The notes beneath the pieces are model-generated. The model was not told the DNA's origin. It made no database searches and saw only the letters and a list, made by a program, of their open reading frames with translations. Shown piece after piece: positions 51,911 through 64,000 of a stretch of 64,000 nt of DNA. This DNA is from Fimbriosthenelais zetlandica (lineage: Eukaryota). Within the stretch, counting starts at the first letter, position 1; every line of letters begins with the position of its first letter. A program made the translations under genes and the position numbers. The DNA is taken from contig OZ365110.1 in NCBI GenBank assembly GCA_977030845.1, positions 17,856,001-17,920,000 of the forward strand. The letters are read 5' to 3'.

Positions 51911-54900
51911 CATTGAACATTCTACCTCTTGGCTTATGGTCGTAAATTGGTGTTATCAATCATTAAAACGCTACGTCCATATTAGGTTTACGGCTTGTAG
52001 TCTATGATGTCAAAATTAAAATCAGTTTATGGTTCTTTGCTTCGGTGGTAACATTCTTTGGTTAAGTAGGGCATGCTTAGATGTGGTGAGGCAGTTTTAC
52101 CTGATTTCCTTTGAGATTAATTCTATACTTCTAACCTGATGAGATTATTGACATTTTAACGGTTCACATGCAACAGCCAATCGGCTGGGGGTTTCATGTA
52201 CTATACTTCATTTTCTCTGATGATGGAATAATATTTTCTTTACACATTGGTACTGGTAGGACGGTCAACAATTGTTCCCATGCGCATCACTTCTGAGCAA
52301 GCAAGACATAAATATTAGTCGTATCCACAGCGTAAATGGAGGCTCCAGCCAAAATGGAGCTTATGATTTATCGATCAGGGTCTGTGGAAGTCAGCTGGAA
52401 TTCATGACAGGAAGAATCGTCGTGACAAGTTGTGAATTGATTCTTGCCTAAAACTGGAACCCTTGGTCGACTACATGCTAGTCGTTACATTGATCGTTCC
52501 TAAAGCAGCCATTGATGTGGGGAGAATTATCCTGTCATGGTCCATCTGAAATTATGAGGTGTGAGACCTAATGTCCTCAGAATTCATGACTGATATTGGA
52601 TTACCATCGAACTGATTTGTATCGAGATCGATGGGCCTGGGGCGCATAAATGCAATTTCAGACAGGATATATAGAATTTATCAACAGTGGCTGATCAAAG
52701 ACGGTCTCGTGAATATTTTATTAAATTGTTTTACACAGATATGATTTGTATCTGATCTGAAACTTTCATATAATTACCCCGCGATGACGCAATAGCTAAG
52801 ATACTAATACGGTTTCCCTTTGTCAGCCTCACTAATACATGGGGAACGGTTTCCTAGGAATATTAATGTTTCTCTATCTCTATCCTGATCTCGGTTTTCA
52901 TTTTCACTTACCTGTACCGATAGAATGTCTGGGTTTCTTGGTGTTTCCCCAGACTCACAGTCTCACCTGAACGTGTACCAGGAAGCAACCTTATATAGAT
53001 GACACTCCTCTCATAGTCTGTGATGTCACCAGTACTGATTCCCTTCAAAGAGGTTCAGAGAGCCTGTACCTATCACATTACTATACTTCAAGGCTCTAAA
53101 GAATGTATGTTAACTATGTATGTAATTATTGTAATAGTTGAGGAGATACAATGTTTCCACTTTGTTCGGTGAATCATCAGTACAATTATTTGAGGATTTA
53201 TGGAAATTTTCCTCATACAGTCCTATTCCTGCATTATTACCTACCTGTAAGTATTGGGTCGGGGTAATTCCCGCGAGCAGAGTCTTGCACAACGTGCTGT
53301 GGTTATCAGGTGTATTCTTTACGTTTTGCTGTGATGTGTTAATTATCACGAAGAGGAAAGGATATATAATGGTAACGGCCATGACTCGTCATTTGATGTT
53401 AAAATATTTTCTCTTTTCCAAGACTCCTTGCTTTTAGTACGTCAGCCACAAGTTTATTTTGAATCTCTTTAAACATTTAAATTTATTTGCCTCAGTCTGC
53501 CTCTTTTTGGTGCGTTACTTGCAGATTTGGTGATGGATTCACATTTACCAGAGAATTAACGCATTGTACTATTTAATTTCTTTTTCAGTTTCAAGTTTTT
53601 CTGTTTCTCTGGCAGAAGTTTTAATTTCCATAAGAAAAACGCCATTCATTCCATGCACAGCTTTTGGTGATGTCCTAATTTCCCATGAGACTTGTACGCA
53701 CAACAAGCACGTTTCATTTTAATGTTGGATCACCCACTGTCTGGTTTTAAGGCGAGAATATCACTGTATTCCTGGTATTTTGGGACGATTTTTCTCAGTC
53801 ATGTCGCCTTCTTATCATAGAATCTTCCTTTAAAAATTCTAGAACGATACGTTAATTTTAACGATTGATTCTATATTTCCCAGGCACCAAAATGATTATA
53901 TCTGAATCAATGATAAGAACATGTTCAGGGAAAAAAATCTCCTCCAGTACTATCCGGGTATTCAGGAGGGAGATCTATAAAATCAGTTTATTCTATCTTG
54001 GGTTTCGGTTTTCTTTCCCCATTGTACCCGAAAGGGACGCCTCCGTGGCCCCCTTTCCCCCATCTCCATCTTGGATCTTGATTGGCTCGCCTGAGCTGAA
54101 TGCTGAGGAGTGCCTTTTATCGCACGTCTCAGAGGTCACTGGCATCAGCCATTATGTCAAGTTGGTCAGAATCAATGGCGGCCTCCAGCTAGCGCTGATA
54201 AAGATTTAATCTCTTACTTAACCACATTGTGTGCTGGCCCTTCTCTACAGAGGGTGTGGATGCAGGCGCCGCCTATATTCTACGACAACTGCCTTTTATA
54301 TTGTCCTATACGTTTATCAGAATCTACAATGTAACTGACGTGGAATTTAAATATTATATAGGCAGTCAGTGAATATCGTCCAATCCCAGGTCACTAAATG
54401 AAGATCTACAAACATAGTAATCCAATCAACATTTTGGCTGCATTCATGTGATATAGGGAATATACCCAGTTGGGTCAAATTACTCCATCTGAAAGTATAG
54501 GCATTGTATACCGGGGAGGTAAGGTAATAAAGAGTGCTGGAATTAAGACATAAAAGGTACAGCTGTCAGCTATTAACACCACCTCTAAATCTAAATCAGC
54601 GGCCATTCCCACTAGCTCTATTCTTCCCTGCTGTAATTGATATGTACGTATTCTCAGCTCCCGTGCATCTCCCTCCCTCTCTCTCTCAAAACCCTGTTGT
54701 TCGCTGATGCATAGCCCCATCTTCTGTACTACTTGCTTGCGCTGGTTGTACAAAATACAAATGCAAGTGCTCGCGCACATGCTTTGTCAATGGTTGTGGG
54801 GCGGACGCCTGGTGCTCAATCTGCTACTGAAATTAATAAAAGCCAGTGATGACCAGAATGCGTTTAGACCAATATTAGGTAATACATTAATTGTTCAAAC

Positions 54901-56399
54901 ACTGACCACGTGTCTGCCACATGTCATTTCCCAGATTTGTCTGCAGGTGATATTCTGACTCATTAGCTCTCTGTTTGATGCTCACTTATAGCTAAACACC
55001 TGGACTATTTTTCCACATAGTTCCTCAATAATTCCCTCGGGGGATATTTGTTGAAGCATCGTTTTGTCCGCTTTTAGGACATGACGAAAATTGCTTTGAC
55101 CTAAAACCAGTTTAGTTAAGAACCTTAGAAAATTGGGTTGGTCATACATTTACTTAAATACATTAGAGCGAAGCATTTGCGTGCTTAGCTGTTGTGTAGC
55201 AAAACAGTTTCTATCCATCAGGGCAGATGGGGATGGATGTTGGGGTGGGTTTGGGGGTACTTGGTAAAGTGGACGCGCTGAGAAGAGGAGTGACAACGAT
55301 ATTTGGCCTGCCAACAGAGCTAATACCCACAATTGATATTGACGGCGGGGAGGGACAGGGCGAGAGCCATATTTTGTCTTCAGGCAATTAGAGTTCCAGC
55401 CGGCCCCCCTGCTCCTACATACCCACTAGCTTTACAATGGCATCCAACACAAAAGTGTAACGACCAAAATTAATGCGGTGAATATGCAAGCACCGTTTCA
55501 GCACGTTTGCCAGCTTTTTTCTTTCCACTCCCTTCAACCAATCAATTTTCTCTTGATTACCCAGTGGGATGGGTACTTAAAACACAGTGCAGCAGCAAGC
55601 TTCGAGTGTCAAGGCAATCCATACGTTCAAGGAAAATTAAAAAATATTGTCACAATACTTGGGAGGAAAAGAATATTTGAATGTTAAATGGAACCCAGAG
55701 GGAGAGAGGTTGACAGTTGTATGATTAGACTGTGGGAGGTATTATTGGTCAGTATTTACTATTCATCCTTGGAAGTCTGTATGAAACACCCCAGACTGAC
55801 ATTTTCTGAAAGCTGTCCGTCCAATATTGTTGAATTATTTAGAGCACATGCATACGGTCCATCGCTTTCCATTCAGAATTAATCCAATGATTTGTAAACA
55901 TGGGACCCTGGTGAATCCACCCTGAGTCCATCAGTCCATCTGTTTGCAAGGTTTTGACCCAGCTTGACCCAGCAGCTAGCCATGCAGCTACATCTCTCAA
56001 CCCTGCCCACTCCTCCACTTGGCCTTCCTCTATGGTTTATCTATGGAATAAATGACCAACACCCTAGCTGCTGCGCTCTATCCCCCTCTCTACTCTACCT
56101 GTAAGGCTCTACATATTCGTGGTATAGCCCCTGCCCTTGAATATGTATCTCTCTCACTCTTTATGTCTGCTTTTCTCCCTTCTGGGGGTATTTGTCTGGA
56201 TAAATTGTCTTTGCTCAGAATTTTTCCTTTAAAGTCTCTTATAGAGTGGAAGTAAAATATGAGCTTGACTGCTGTTTGCTGTCTACTTTAATTGAACGCT
56301 TATTCAATTGTTTGAATATTTTTTGAACGTTGAATATCTGTGCCATATGTAAGATGTGGGAAGATTCTGCTTTGCAATTACTGTGTTGCCACTGCTTGA

Positions 56400-56650
56400 A
56401 GCCTGTGGTTGGCTTTCGAGAATAAATAGCAATGCTTGTGAATAGGAGCCATTGGGAGAGGTCACTGATCAACATTACAGCTCGAGGCACGTACGTGAGA
56501 CGCTCAGAGAAGCTCATTTCAGCTTTAGATGGGCAGTTACAATCAACCTACACATCAGGTTACCTCCACATGGATTTTATACTAGCCTTAAAGGTTTTCA
56601 CGTGGATGTCATGTCACATCAAGCTCAGAATCTTACTTTGAGCCGTAAGC
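56400..56650 (+). mobile_element. Degenerate LINE reverse transcriptase fragment
   Basis: QHYSSRHVRETL (resembles QHGFR..HSCET.L) followed by LHMDF...KVF...CHIKL (resembles LDFSKAFD.V.H..L). Confidence 0.4.
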
Positions 56651-59600
56651 ATCCGCTATACTGTACCAAAATGAAAGATCAGCAATAAATCACGGAAATT
56701 GTAGGCCTACGCTCTTTATGCGAATCAAATATATTTCTGACATCCAGAATGCATGCCAGGCATGATAGAATTTCTATCTTGGCATGCCAGGAAACAGCTT
56801 TGAAGAAAGACTTACATTTCGTCTGCCTCATATAACATTGTGTGAGAAAGAAATTCGTTTGGTTTGATGGACATGTTTTTTTTACTACATCGGGATGTCT
56901 TCCGCCTCTTTTACTGGGGTTTTCCTTTCTTGCGATCGTGAGATAAAGAAGACAAATACTTGCTGTCACATTTCACTCTGCCGACCATTGACCCGGGCCA
57001 TCATATATACCATTACCTATTCTGGCCCTGGCTCTGCAGATGGTTCCTGCCAGTAATGACTTTCTCTCCCATTTTCTTCCACTGTTGGTCGGTACGGCAT
57101 GTCGAGCTGCCATGAACGACCGTATAAGCCTGGAACACACGAATCCGATTCTCTATCCGGCGCCACCCGATAGCTGTCCGAAACTATATTTCTATTCACA
57201 CCAAATGCTTGTAATTTGAACCAACCTTTACACCTAGGTAAGGCTAACCACTGACAAAATATCAAACATTAGATGTTATTAGAAATAGGGTATCGGAAGG
57301 CGACGGATTGGTGAATCGGATTAGTGTATTCCAGATTTTAGGCCAGGAGAGGGAAATGCTGGTTACGTGGCTCCTTGACATACCACTTGTATTTCCTTGA
57401 CAAACACTCCGCATCCCATCCCTTCCTCCTCTTCCCTTGACCAGTTTGATTCAAGGAGGAAGGAGGAGGCCAAGGAGGAAAGATGTGGGCAGGGATGAGG
57501 GTTCGTGGGCTGGTGAAAGGGGAGGGGCTGACCGGGCATCCAACCTCAACCCTGGAGAGCTTTGATCTGCTTTGAGAGGGTGCCAAGAGGATGGAGGGCG
57601 GGATCAGTAATCCTCCAGCTGGAGGCCTGCTTACCTCAGTACCTGACCTGCCAACCTTGACCCTCCCCCGAGCTTATCTAAGATTTGACCCTAAGAGAAA
57701 GGAAAGTCCTTAAGAAGAAATTACACCTGTTTATTTCCTCTTTGTTGCTCTATGATTTGGGCTTTATGGCTGAGGTTACCTCATTACAATTATTGCCCAT
57801 TGCCCTTCCAAACTAGTCTACAAGAAATATTACTCTGTGCCAGTGGCCGCGTTGCTGACAATTATTGCCTTGACATGCTGCCACCCATAACATTCTTTTT
57901 GCCTTTGCCTGTCTAATGCTAGAGGCAATCCTTACAGCCCATCCTGAGCCTATGATGTCTACCGTATGTCCTCCATTTTGGATCCATATATTTTTTGCAA
58001 TGCCTTTAAACCTAGCAATAAATATCGTACATGCGTTTATTTGAATGCACTCTTCAATTGGCATGTATTTCACTGAAAATGAATACGTCCGTAACATTAA
58101 ATGCAAGATGCTTATTAGGAGACCAGCAGGTTCTTAACTGTTCCTATACGGTATTAATATAGGTGGGTCAGCCTCTGGTCTTCCTCATGCTGCAGCTGGG
58201 GTTTCTGGGCTCAACCTGGGGAATTGGTCTATTTCTTCCTTAATTTGTATTCAGAGCTCGGAAGGTTTTTATGCCGATCTGACAGTTTCACCCCAGGAGT
58301 AGCTCGGGATGAGCAAGTCATCATACCATATACCTGCTGCCAAACCATTTCGCCCCAGTGCTTTCGATCCCTGAAGTTTTCTAGCCTTTAAGGGGTTTTC
58401 TATGTACAGATGACCAGTTTTTCCTTGATATAAAATATAGGATATACTGACACGGAAGCTTATTCCTAACCAGAGCAGGTGTCCCAGGTTTGCTGAGAAT
58501 TTCGCAGTTCGCAGTCATACTTTGAGTGAATCTAATCAGACAACTGAGAGAAGCAGTTGAGATCGGCCGTGAGAGGTCCAGTAAGTTGATTCTGTATAGT
58601 GAACGATCGAGGGAGATCTCGCTGGAGTGTTTCAGTGAGTTGAGTTCACCAGTTCAGCTGGGCTGAACTAAGTAGCCAGGCTTTGATCCTAGCATGGTCC
58701 TCTGGAAGTAGACCTCCTTGAAGGCCAGACTGAAGCAGAACCTTTCAAGTTCACATGCTCCAGATGAAGCTACGGGTGTAAATTCCTGGTGTCTCAGCAA
58801 ATATATATACTGCGGTTTTCTTGTCTATCTTGAATCAATCAACCTAACGTCGTAATCATTGACTGAAATTATGTCTAAAATCTGAGGTATTTGACCCTAA
58901 AACTATTTATATTTCATTGAGACATTACTGGACATTTTCATATAATTATACTCTATGCTCAGATAATACAGGCTATTCTCAGTAAGCCTGTAGTTAGGTT
59001 CATGTATACTGCTATTCAAGACCCATGTTATCTTCGCCTGTGGACTCCCATCATCCCTGTCAGGGCTATCACTTCTAGCCCCAAGTAAGATCTCTTCATG
59101 TATATAGGCCATTGAGTCCATCTCTTATCACTGATTCCATGTTAAAATATGCAGTTATCGCTGCAGAAAATGACCACTTCCTACGGCCAATCTAACCGTG
59201 CATATTCCCATATCGTGATGCTCTCAGGCATCTCACACAGCTTGGCATGTCCTGTATTTTGAATATTTTCCCTTAGGAGATAACCACACCCAATACGTGC
59301 AGTAGTGTAAGTAATTAAGTTAACAAAGCACTCACTGGAGCTGACAAAGGTCTGGCGACATCAGTTTATCTTCCTGATTTATAAATGACTTGCCTGTGGC
59401 GATGAAAAAGGCACTTTGCTGGCAGTATCGCATGCAGTATTTGCATGTGTAGCCCCCCCAGTCCCTAGTTTTCCATTTAATGGACCCGGGTTGTTTTGAG
59501 AACCCTGTTGTTCAATGGAAGCATACAGAGTATTGATTAGTACTTACTTTATTGCTTCCTATAATATAACAGAACAAATAGGTTTCTTGCAGGAAATATA

Positions 59601-60879
59601 TCTGTGAATAGTGCTAGAACATTTGCTGTTTTGATGGGACAGTATACAACGAAATCCGCTTGCTTGGTCAGTCACTATATTCCCTGAAGACGTCTGGTCC
59701 ACTGGCCATCTCACCTCTGTGGTAACATACTATCTATAGACATAACTAGTGCAAAACATTTCCTCCATGAAGGAAATCTGATACGTTGAAGGACTTGAAC
59801 TAAATTACATATCATATCTGAGGGTGGATATCAAATGTTGAATTTACATGTATTAAAATTTGATAGACCTCCGATAGAGATGAACATATTTTGGGCCAAG
59901 GTGTAGGTATACATTTATTGCTGTATACAGTGGAGGAAAAAGCAGGATCCTCAGAGGGATCATCTGTCTCTACTGTTCTTCCTTCATCAATCAGCCCCTC
60001 ATTGCCTCAGCCGCCAGCAGGAGATTGCTTCCGTGGCCAGCCAATGAGATTACTCTGTTTATCGGAGGGAAATCCCAAGCTTTGCGCTTGATTAAAAACC
60101 AGTGGAAGACAGTGGTCTCATGTCAATTTGTTGGTCATGGGATGAGGTTAGAATATCCCATAGACTGCCTCCCCCAGTTATTTCCACCTTGTACTTAAAC
60201 GTCTGCATGATTATTGCTCAGACCACAATAGCAGATTGCCATGTCTCTGCATCCACGAAATTAATGCCATTAAGTCACTAAAACAAATCCCACAATATAT
60301 TAGATGAAGTCGGGAAAATTTGTTAAAGTGAATGTGTACACTTTCTTTTGCAAGTACAATGTACCTTTTACTGTATTTTTTCCTTTGTGATAACAAAACT
60401 CATTTCTTCATTAATTTAGATTTATTACAAAAGACTGATAAAGATATTCTACTTTATAGATGTCATATTCATCCATGATCTTAAGATGTATTTGCTTTGA
60501 TCTTTTTATATCAAAAAGAATTCTTCTTCACCGTGATCATCTTAAAAATAGAGAGTTGCTGTCAGATATGATTTTTTTTGCTTTTTTCTATACTGATAAT
60601 TTCACTGGTAAAAATAGAAGCTGGGAAAGGAGAGAAGAAATGAGGCCGTCTCAGTAAGGTAAAATGAGTATTGTATAAAAGGAAGCTGACGGAGTATAGA
60701 AGAAAATGCCAAATGGGAAAGAAAAAGGGAATGAAGAACAAAATCTAGCGGGAGGTTGTTGCACATTTGCTGAAGAAAGAAGAACTATAAACCTCAGTAT
60801 GTATGCGACAGGAGGGTATAGGCCTTTCTTCTTGCATGCTCTCCAACAAGGTTCTTGGGCAACCATCTGACATTTCTCA

Positions 60880-62290
60880 CGGAAGACACTACATATGAAA
60901 CCCGAAGAATTCCTTTAACCCAAGTTGATATTCTACTGTTTAAAATATTTCTAAATGTCGGGGTTAAAAAACAAAGTAACCCCATTTTAAATAGGGCTTG
61001 CAAAAATGACCTTATAGGAACAGTGCGCTTCTCTATTGTTTTCTCCCCATGTCAAAAACTCATCCCAGTCCTTTCACATGCTAGCACCAAATCGCATGAT
61101 AACCCGGCCAATAGCTTGATGGAGTTAGTGTTGGCGTTGGTGGTGGTTGGTGGGTGGTGTGACAAATCCCAGAACCATGTAATTATGAGTGGATGTTTTT
61201 TAAGAAGTGGCAAAGAATGTTCCCTCCTCCTCGATCAGTTCCAAGCCTCAGTTCCATTTCTCACCTTTTTCCATGCACTCGAATGTGATTCCTATTCTTC
61301 AGCCGAAAAGTTCACATGCACGTTAAAGATGAAAATATCTGGTGAATTCGTCTTTCTTCCAAGAGATAGTTTTTCCTTATCCGTGACCCCTCATGAGAAA
61401 TGGCGAAACTAATCTGTTGGAGAATTGTTACTTCATGTCCACCTATGAATCAATTGGGGCCTCAGTAACTAGCAGGTGTAACCCAAAGCCATTACGTTCA
61501 GTCTTGATGGATGGGCTGTTCATAATGATTTCTTGAGCAGGCACTGGCAGTGGTTGGGAGGATATTGTTTTTTCTATTAATAAATCTAAAGTAACATGCT
61601 CCTGTTGGATAGTATAGACATGCAGCTTCTCCTGCTGGGTTGTTTGTTTCCAAGAGAACATATTGGCTGCATGGGACGAAGATTGGTTGGGAAGTTAATT
61701 TGCATTTCACGCGATACGATGTTAATTAACGAGATATTGTACCGAGCAAGAAATCCATTTGTGAATTCATAGAAAAATGAAATGTTAATTACCCCCTCCT
61801 GTACTCTCTCTGACAGTATGTTCCGTACGTTCTCTGTTTTCTCGTCTCTCCTGAAGAAGTGTCTTCATCATCAGCAAATATTAAAGTTTTTCGCAGTAAG
61901 CGGTACATCAAAACACTTCCTTGAGACCTTTCAATTTCTGTAAAATATCAGTCATCTTGACATTATGATTGGTCGCCAGGCCATTCAACTTAAGAGAACT
62001 AGATTTTTGGACCCGCTGGAGAAAAAAAAAATATTTCAGTAATTTATTTAGAATTCAAGGACAGCTTAGTGTGAGTGAAGTACTAGTACTCGTGTGCAAG
62101 GAAGGAAGAAGTCTGGGTCTCCAGCATAATATACCGATCATTAAACCCATATCAGACCCGATATAAAGGGAAGCACTCTTGTGGGAATTGTCTCTACTGG
62201 GTGAGCGATCACTCTCTAGATCCCATTGAGAATGATTTATCCTGAACAATGTTCTCCTTGATCCTACATAGGCAGATAGCAAAACTATGG
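60880..62290 (-). mobile_element. Degenerate Gypsy pol (RNase H-like piece then integrase core)
   Basis: QPLPVPAQEIIMN...LLVTE (61443-61560), HHPPTTTN and KDWDEFL...NREAH resemble successive integrase motifs in the correct order. A weaker YIMLET resembles RNase H FxLETDH near 62100. Confidence 0.55.
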
Positions 62291-64000
62291 GAGGTAGTAG
62301 TGAAAGCTAGGCTTTACTGCATATAAATTATAATTCCCAATTCCCAGGGACGAAATGTCGATATATTACAGATATTTGTTCGGATTATCAGATTGCTTCC
62401 CGTCATGGAATATTTATGTTTCTTTATAAGTCTGTTTCTGTTGTATAAGGTATTAATTCTCACGGGAGAATCATTGTATGACTCGCTCATATATATGTCA
62501 GTACATGTACTTTTTATTATAACAGAGCTCTACTATCGGTAAAGATAAGGCCATCATATCTGTATCATATTTTATTGATAAAGAGAGTCACGACTGAGAA
62601 ATATTTCATGCATTTGAGGTAACTGCAGTATTTATAATGATAAAGAAATAAGTATCAATCGGACGAATGCACATGTATGTATTATATTGTATCCTATAAA
62701 AGTTATCGAGAGCGGCCTATTTGCGATAAACATGTCATTCTGCACGTGCGCATTCTCATAAATAAGATTCCATTAAATACCATATTTTATATTCCTTCCT
62801 TGTATTCTCAAATCGAAAGTGTAATTCCTTTGCGAATTTCTGATGGGAACGACCTCATATTAAATGAAAAGAACTGCACTCTTTTCTGAAAAGGTTGTGA
62901 AATACACACATATTGTGAACATTTGGCCAAAGGGCAATGGGGTGAATGAATATAAATAATGCTCCAGTGTGCACTGAAGATCTTTCTCCCCACTGAAAAT
63001 TTACTTTGTGGCCCATGACATTCGCCTCTCTGTCTCACCATCCTCCCGAACTCTTATTTTTTTAAGCTTCACTTCTCGCCTCCGTTCGCCCACCAGAAGC
63101 CTGAGATAGAAACGTGATATTGTCCTTGTTCGAACTTGCTAAAACTGTCCCGAATTGATACCGAAAAAACCGAATGAGGAAAAAAAACCCATGGCGCTGA
63201 CGCTTCATTTGGAAAGTGCATGCGTTGGGATTTGCCTGTCTGAGAGTGGTAAATTCTCCAAGCTCTCGGCTGAGGCGAACTCAATGCTAGGCACTTGTAG
63301 GGTGCAAAATCGGTTTTGATAAAAAATTATCCCACCGACAATCCATCGCGGGAATTCGGAGAAAAACTTGATACATTTTTGAGTTGGCTGATTTAGAGCT
63401 AGTAGAAATAGGAAGCATATTGTAACAAGATTAGATGAGATAGGCTTTCACAGAAAGTGGCAAGAATGAATATAGAGAGACTGAGACAATTTGAAAAGTG
63501 GTGAAACATCCAAAGGAAAATGAAAGGTTCGGGACAAAAGGGTCTCAAATGAACGAAATACATTACCATGCATCATCATAAAGTTTCACTGGTAATCAAG
63601 TAGATTTAACAGAATAATCAAATAAAAATCGCGCGTTGATTCACTACCGCCTAATGCGGATATTTTGGCGATGTAAATAGTAGAACCAAGGTCCAGGTCC
63701 ACTGGCGAGGCTGAAAGGATCTAAGCATTCCTTTCTATTCTCTAAAAATTATGCCTTGTGATTCTTGATTATGAAACATTATCCCAAGCTTATCCATAGC
63801 CCATATGAGGCACTGAGAGCTTAGAATAGGTGGCTTCAGCCTTCCAGTCTAGAAATGCATTCTGTGCATTGGTGGGAAACCAACGTACCCGGATGCTGAG
63901 TATGGTGAAATGGCCAAGCCCAGCCCACTCCCAACTTTGCATTGAAACAAGATATCTAACTGAAGATTTCTCCATTCTAAGCCATTTTTCCTTTACGAAA

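Larger units (their letters stand above)
44400..64000. mobile_element. Patchwork of heavily decayed retroelement fragments (CR1/L2/RTE-type LINEs, Gypsy LTR)
   Basis: More GC-rich than the flanking introns, with no spliceable coding chain. Scattered degenerate EN/RT/IN motifs are broken by stops and frameshifts. Motif calls are by eye. Confidence 0.6.

Noticed and set aside
54011-54060. Minus-strand GGVPFGY resembling a large serine recombinase motif
   Set aside because: Isolated heptapeptide in a stop-ridden frame, with no catalytic domain.
60855-61412. 185-aa plus-strand ORF, the longest in the right third
   Set aside because: No domain features; it lies opposite the degenerate Gypsy integrase and is probably a chance open frame.
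1-64000. tRNA, rRNA, snoRNA genes and U12-type introns
   Set aside because: I saw no cloverleaf, no rRNA-like tract, no paired C/D boxes with terminal stem, and no (G/A)TATCCTT donor at any reconstructed intron; an Infernal/tRNAscan search would be needed to exclude them.

Overview
AT-rich, intron-containing animal DNA, probably a marine invertebrate; the taxon cannot be fixed from sequence alone. Bases 1-43.4 kb hold a compact cluster of eight genes in strictly alternating orientation: ERMP1(-, last exon not found), ZRANB2(+), LRRC42(-), NELFA(+), a small RING-H2 RNF24/RNF122-like gene(-) that the ORF track misses, FBXW4(+), a secreted trypsin-fold protease homolog with catalytic Ser replaced by Glu(-), and TMEM232(+). 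I reconstructed exon chains by hand, and splice phases are consistent throughout. A signal-peptide exon at 44281-44350(+) opens a ninth gene, followed by about 20 kb of heavily decayed LINE and Gypsy fragments, mostly on the minus strand. Introns and intergenic DNA carry several MITE or foldback hairpins. The most interesting signals are possible self-regulatory splice motifs in ZRANB2, two in-frame micro-exons in the RING gene, the S195E pseudo-protease with a probable GC donor, and the antisense-biased transposon graveyard. Gene names come from remembered similarity, not from database searches.
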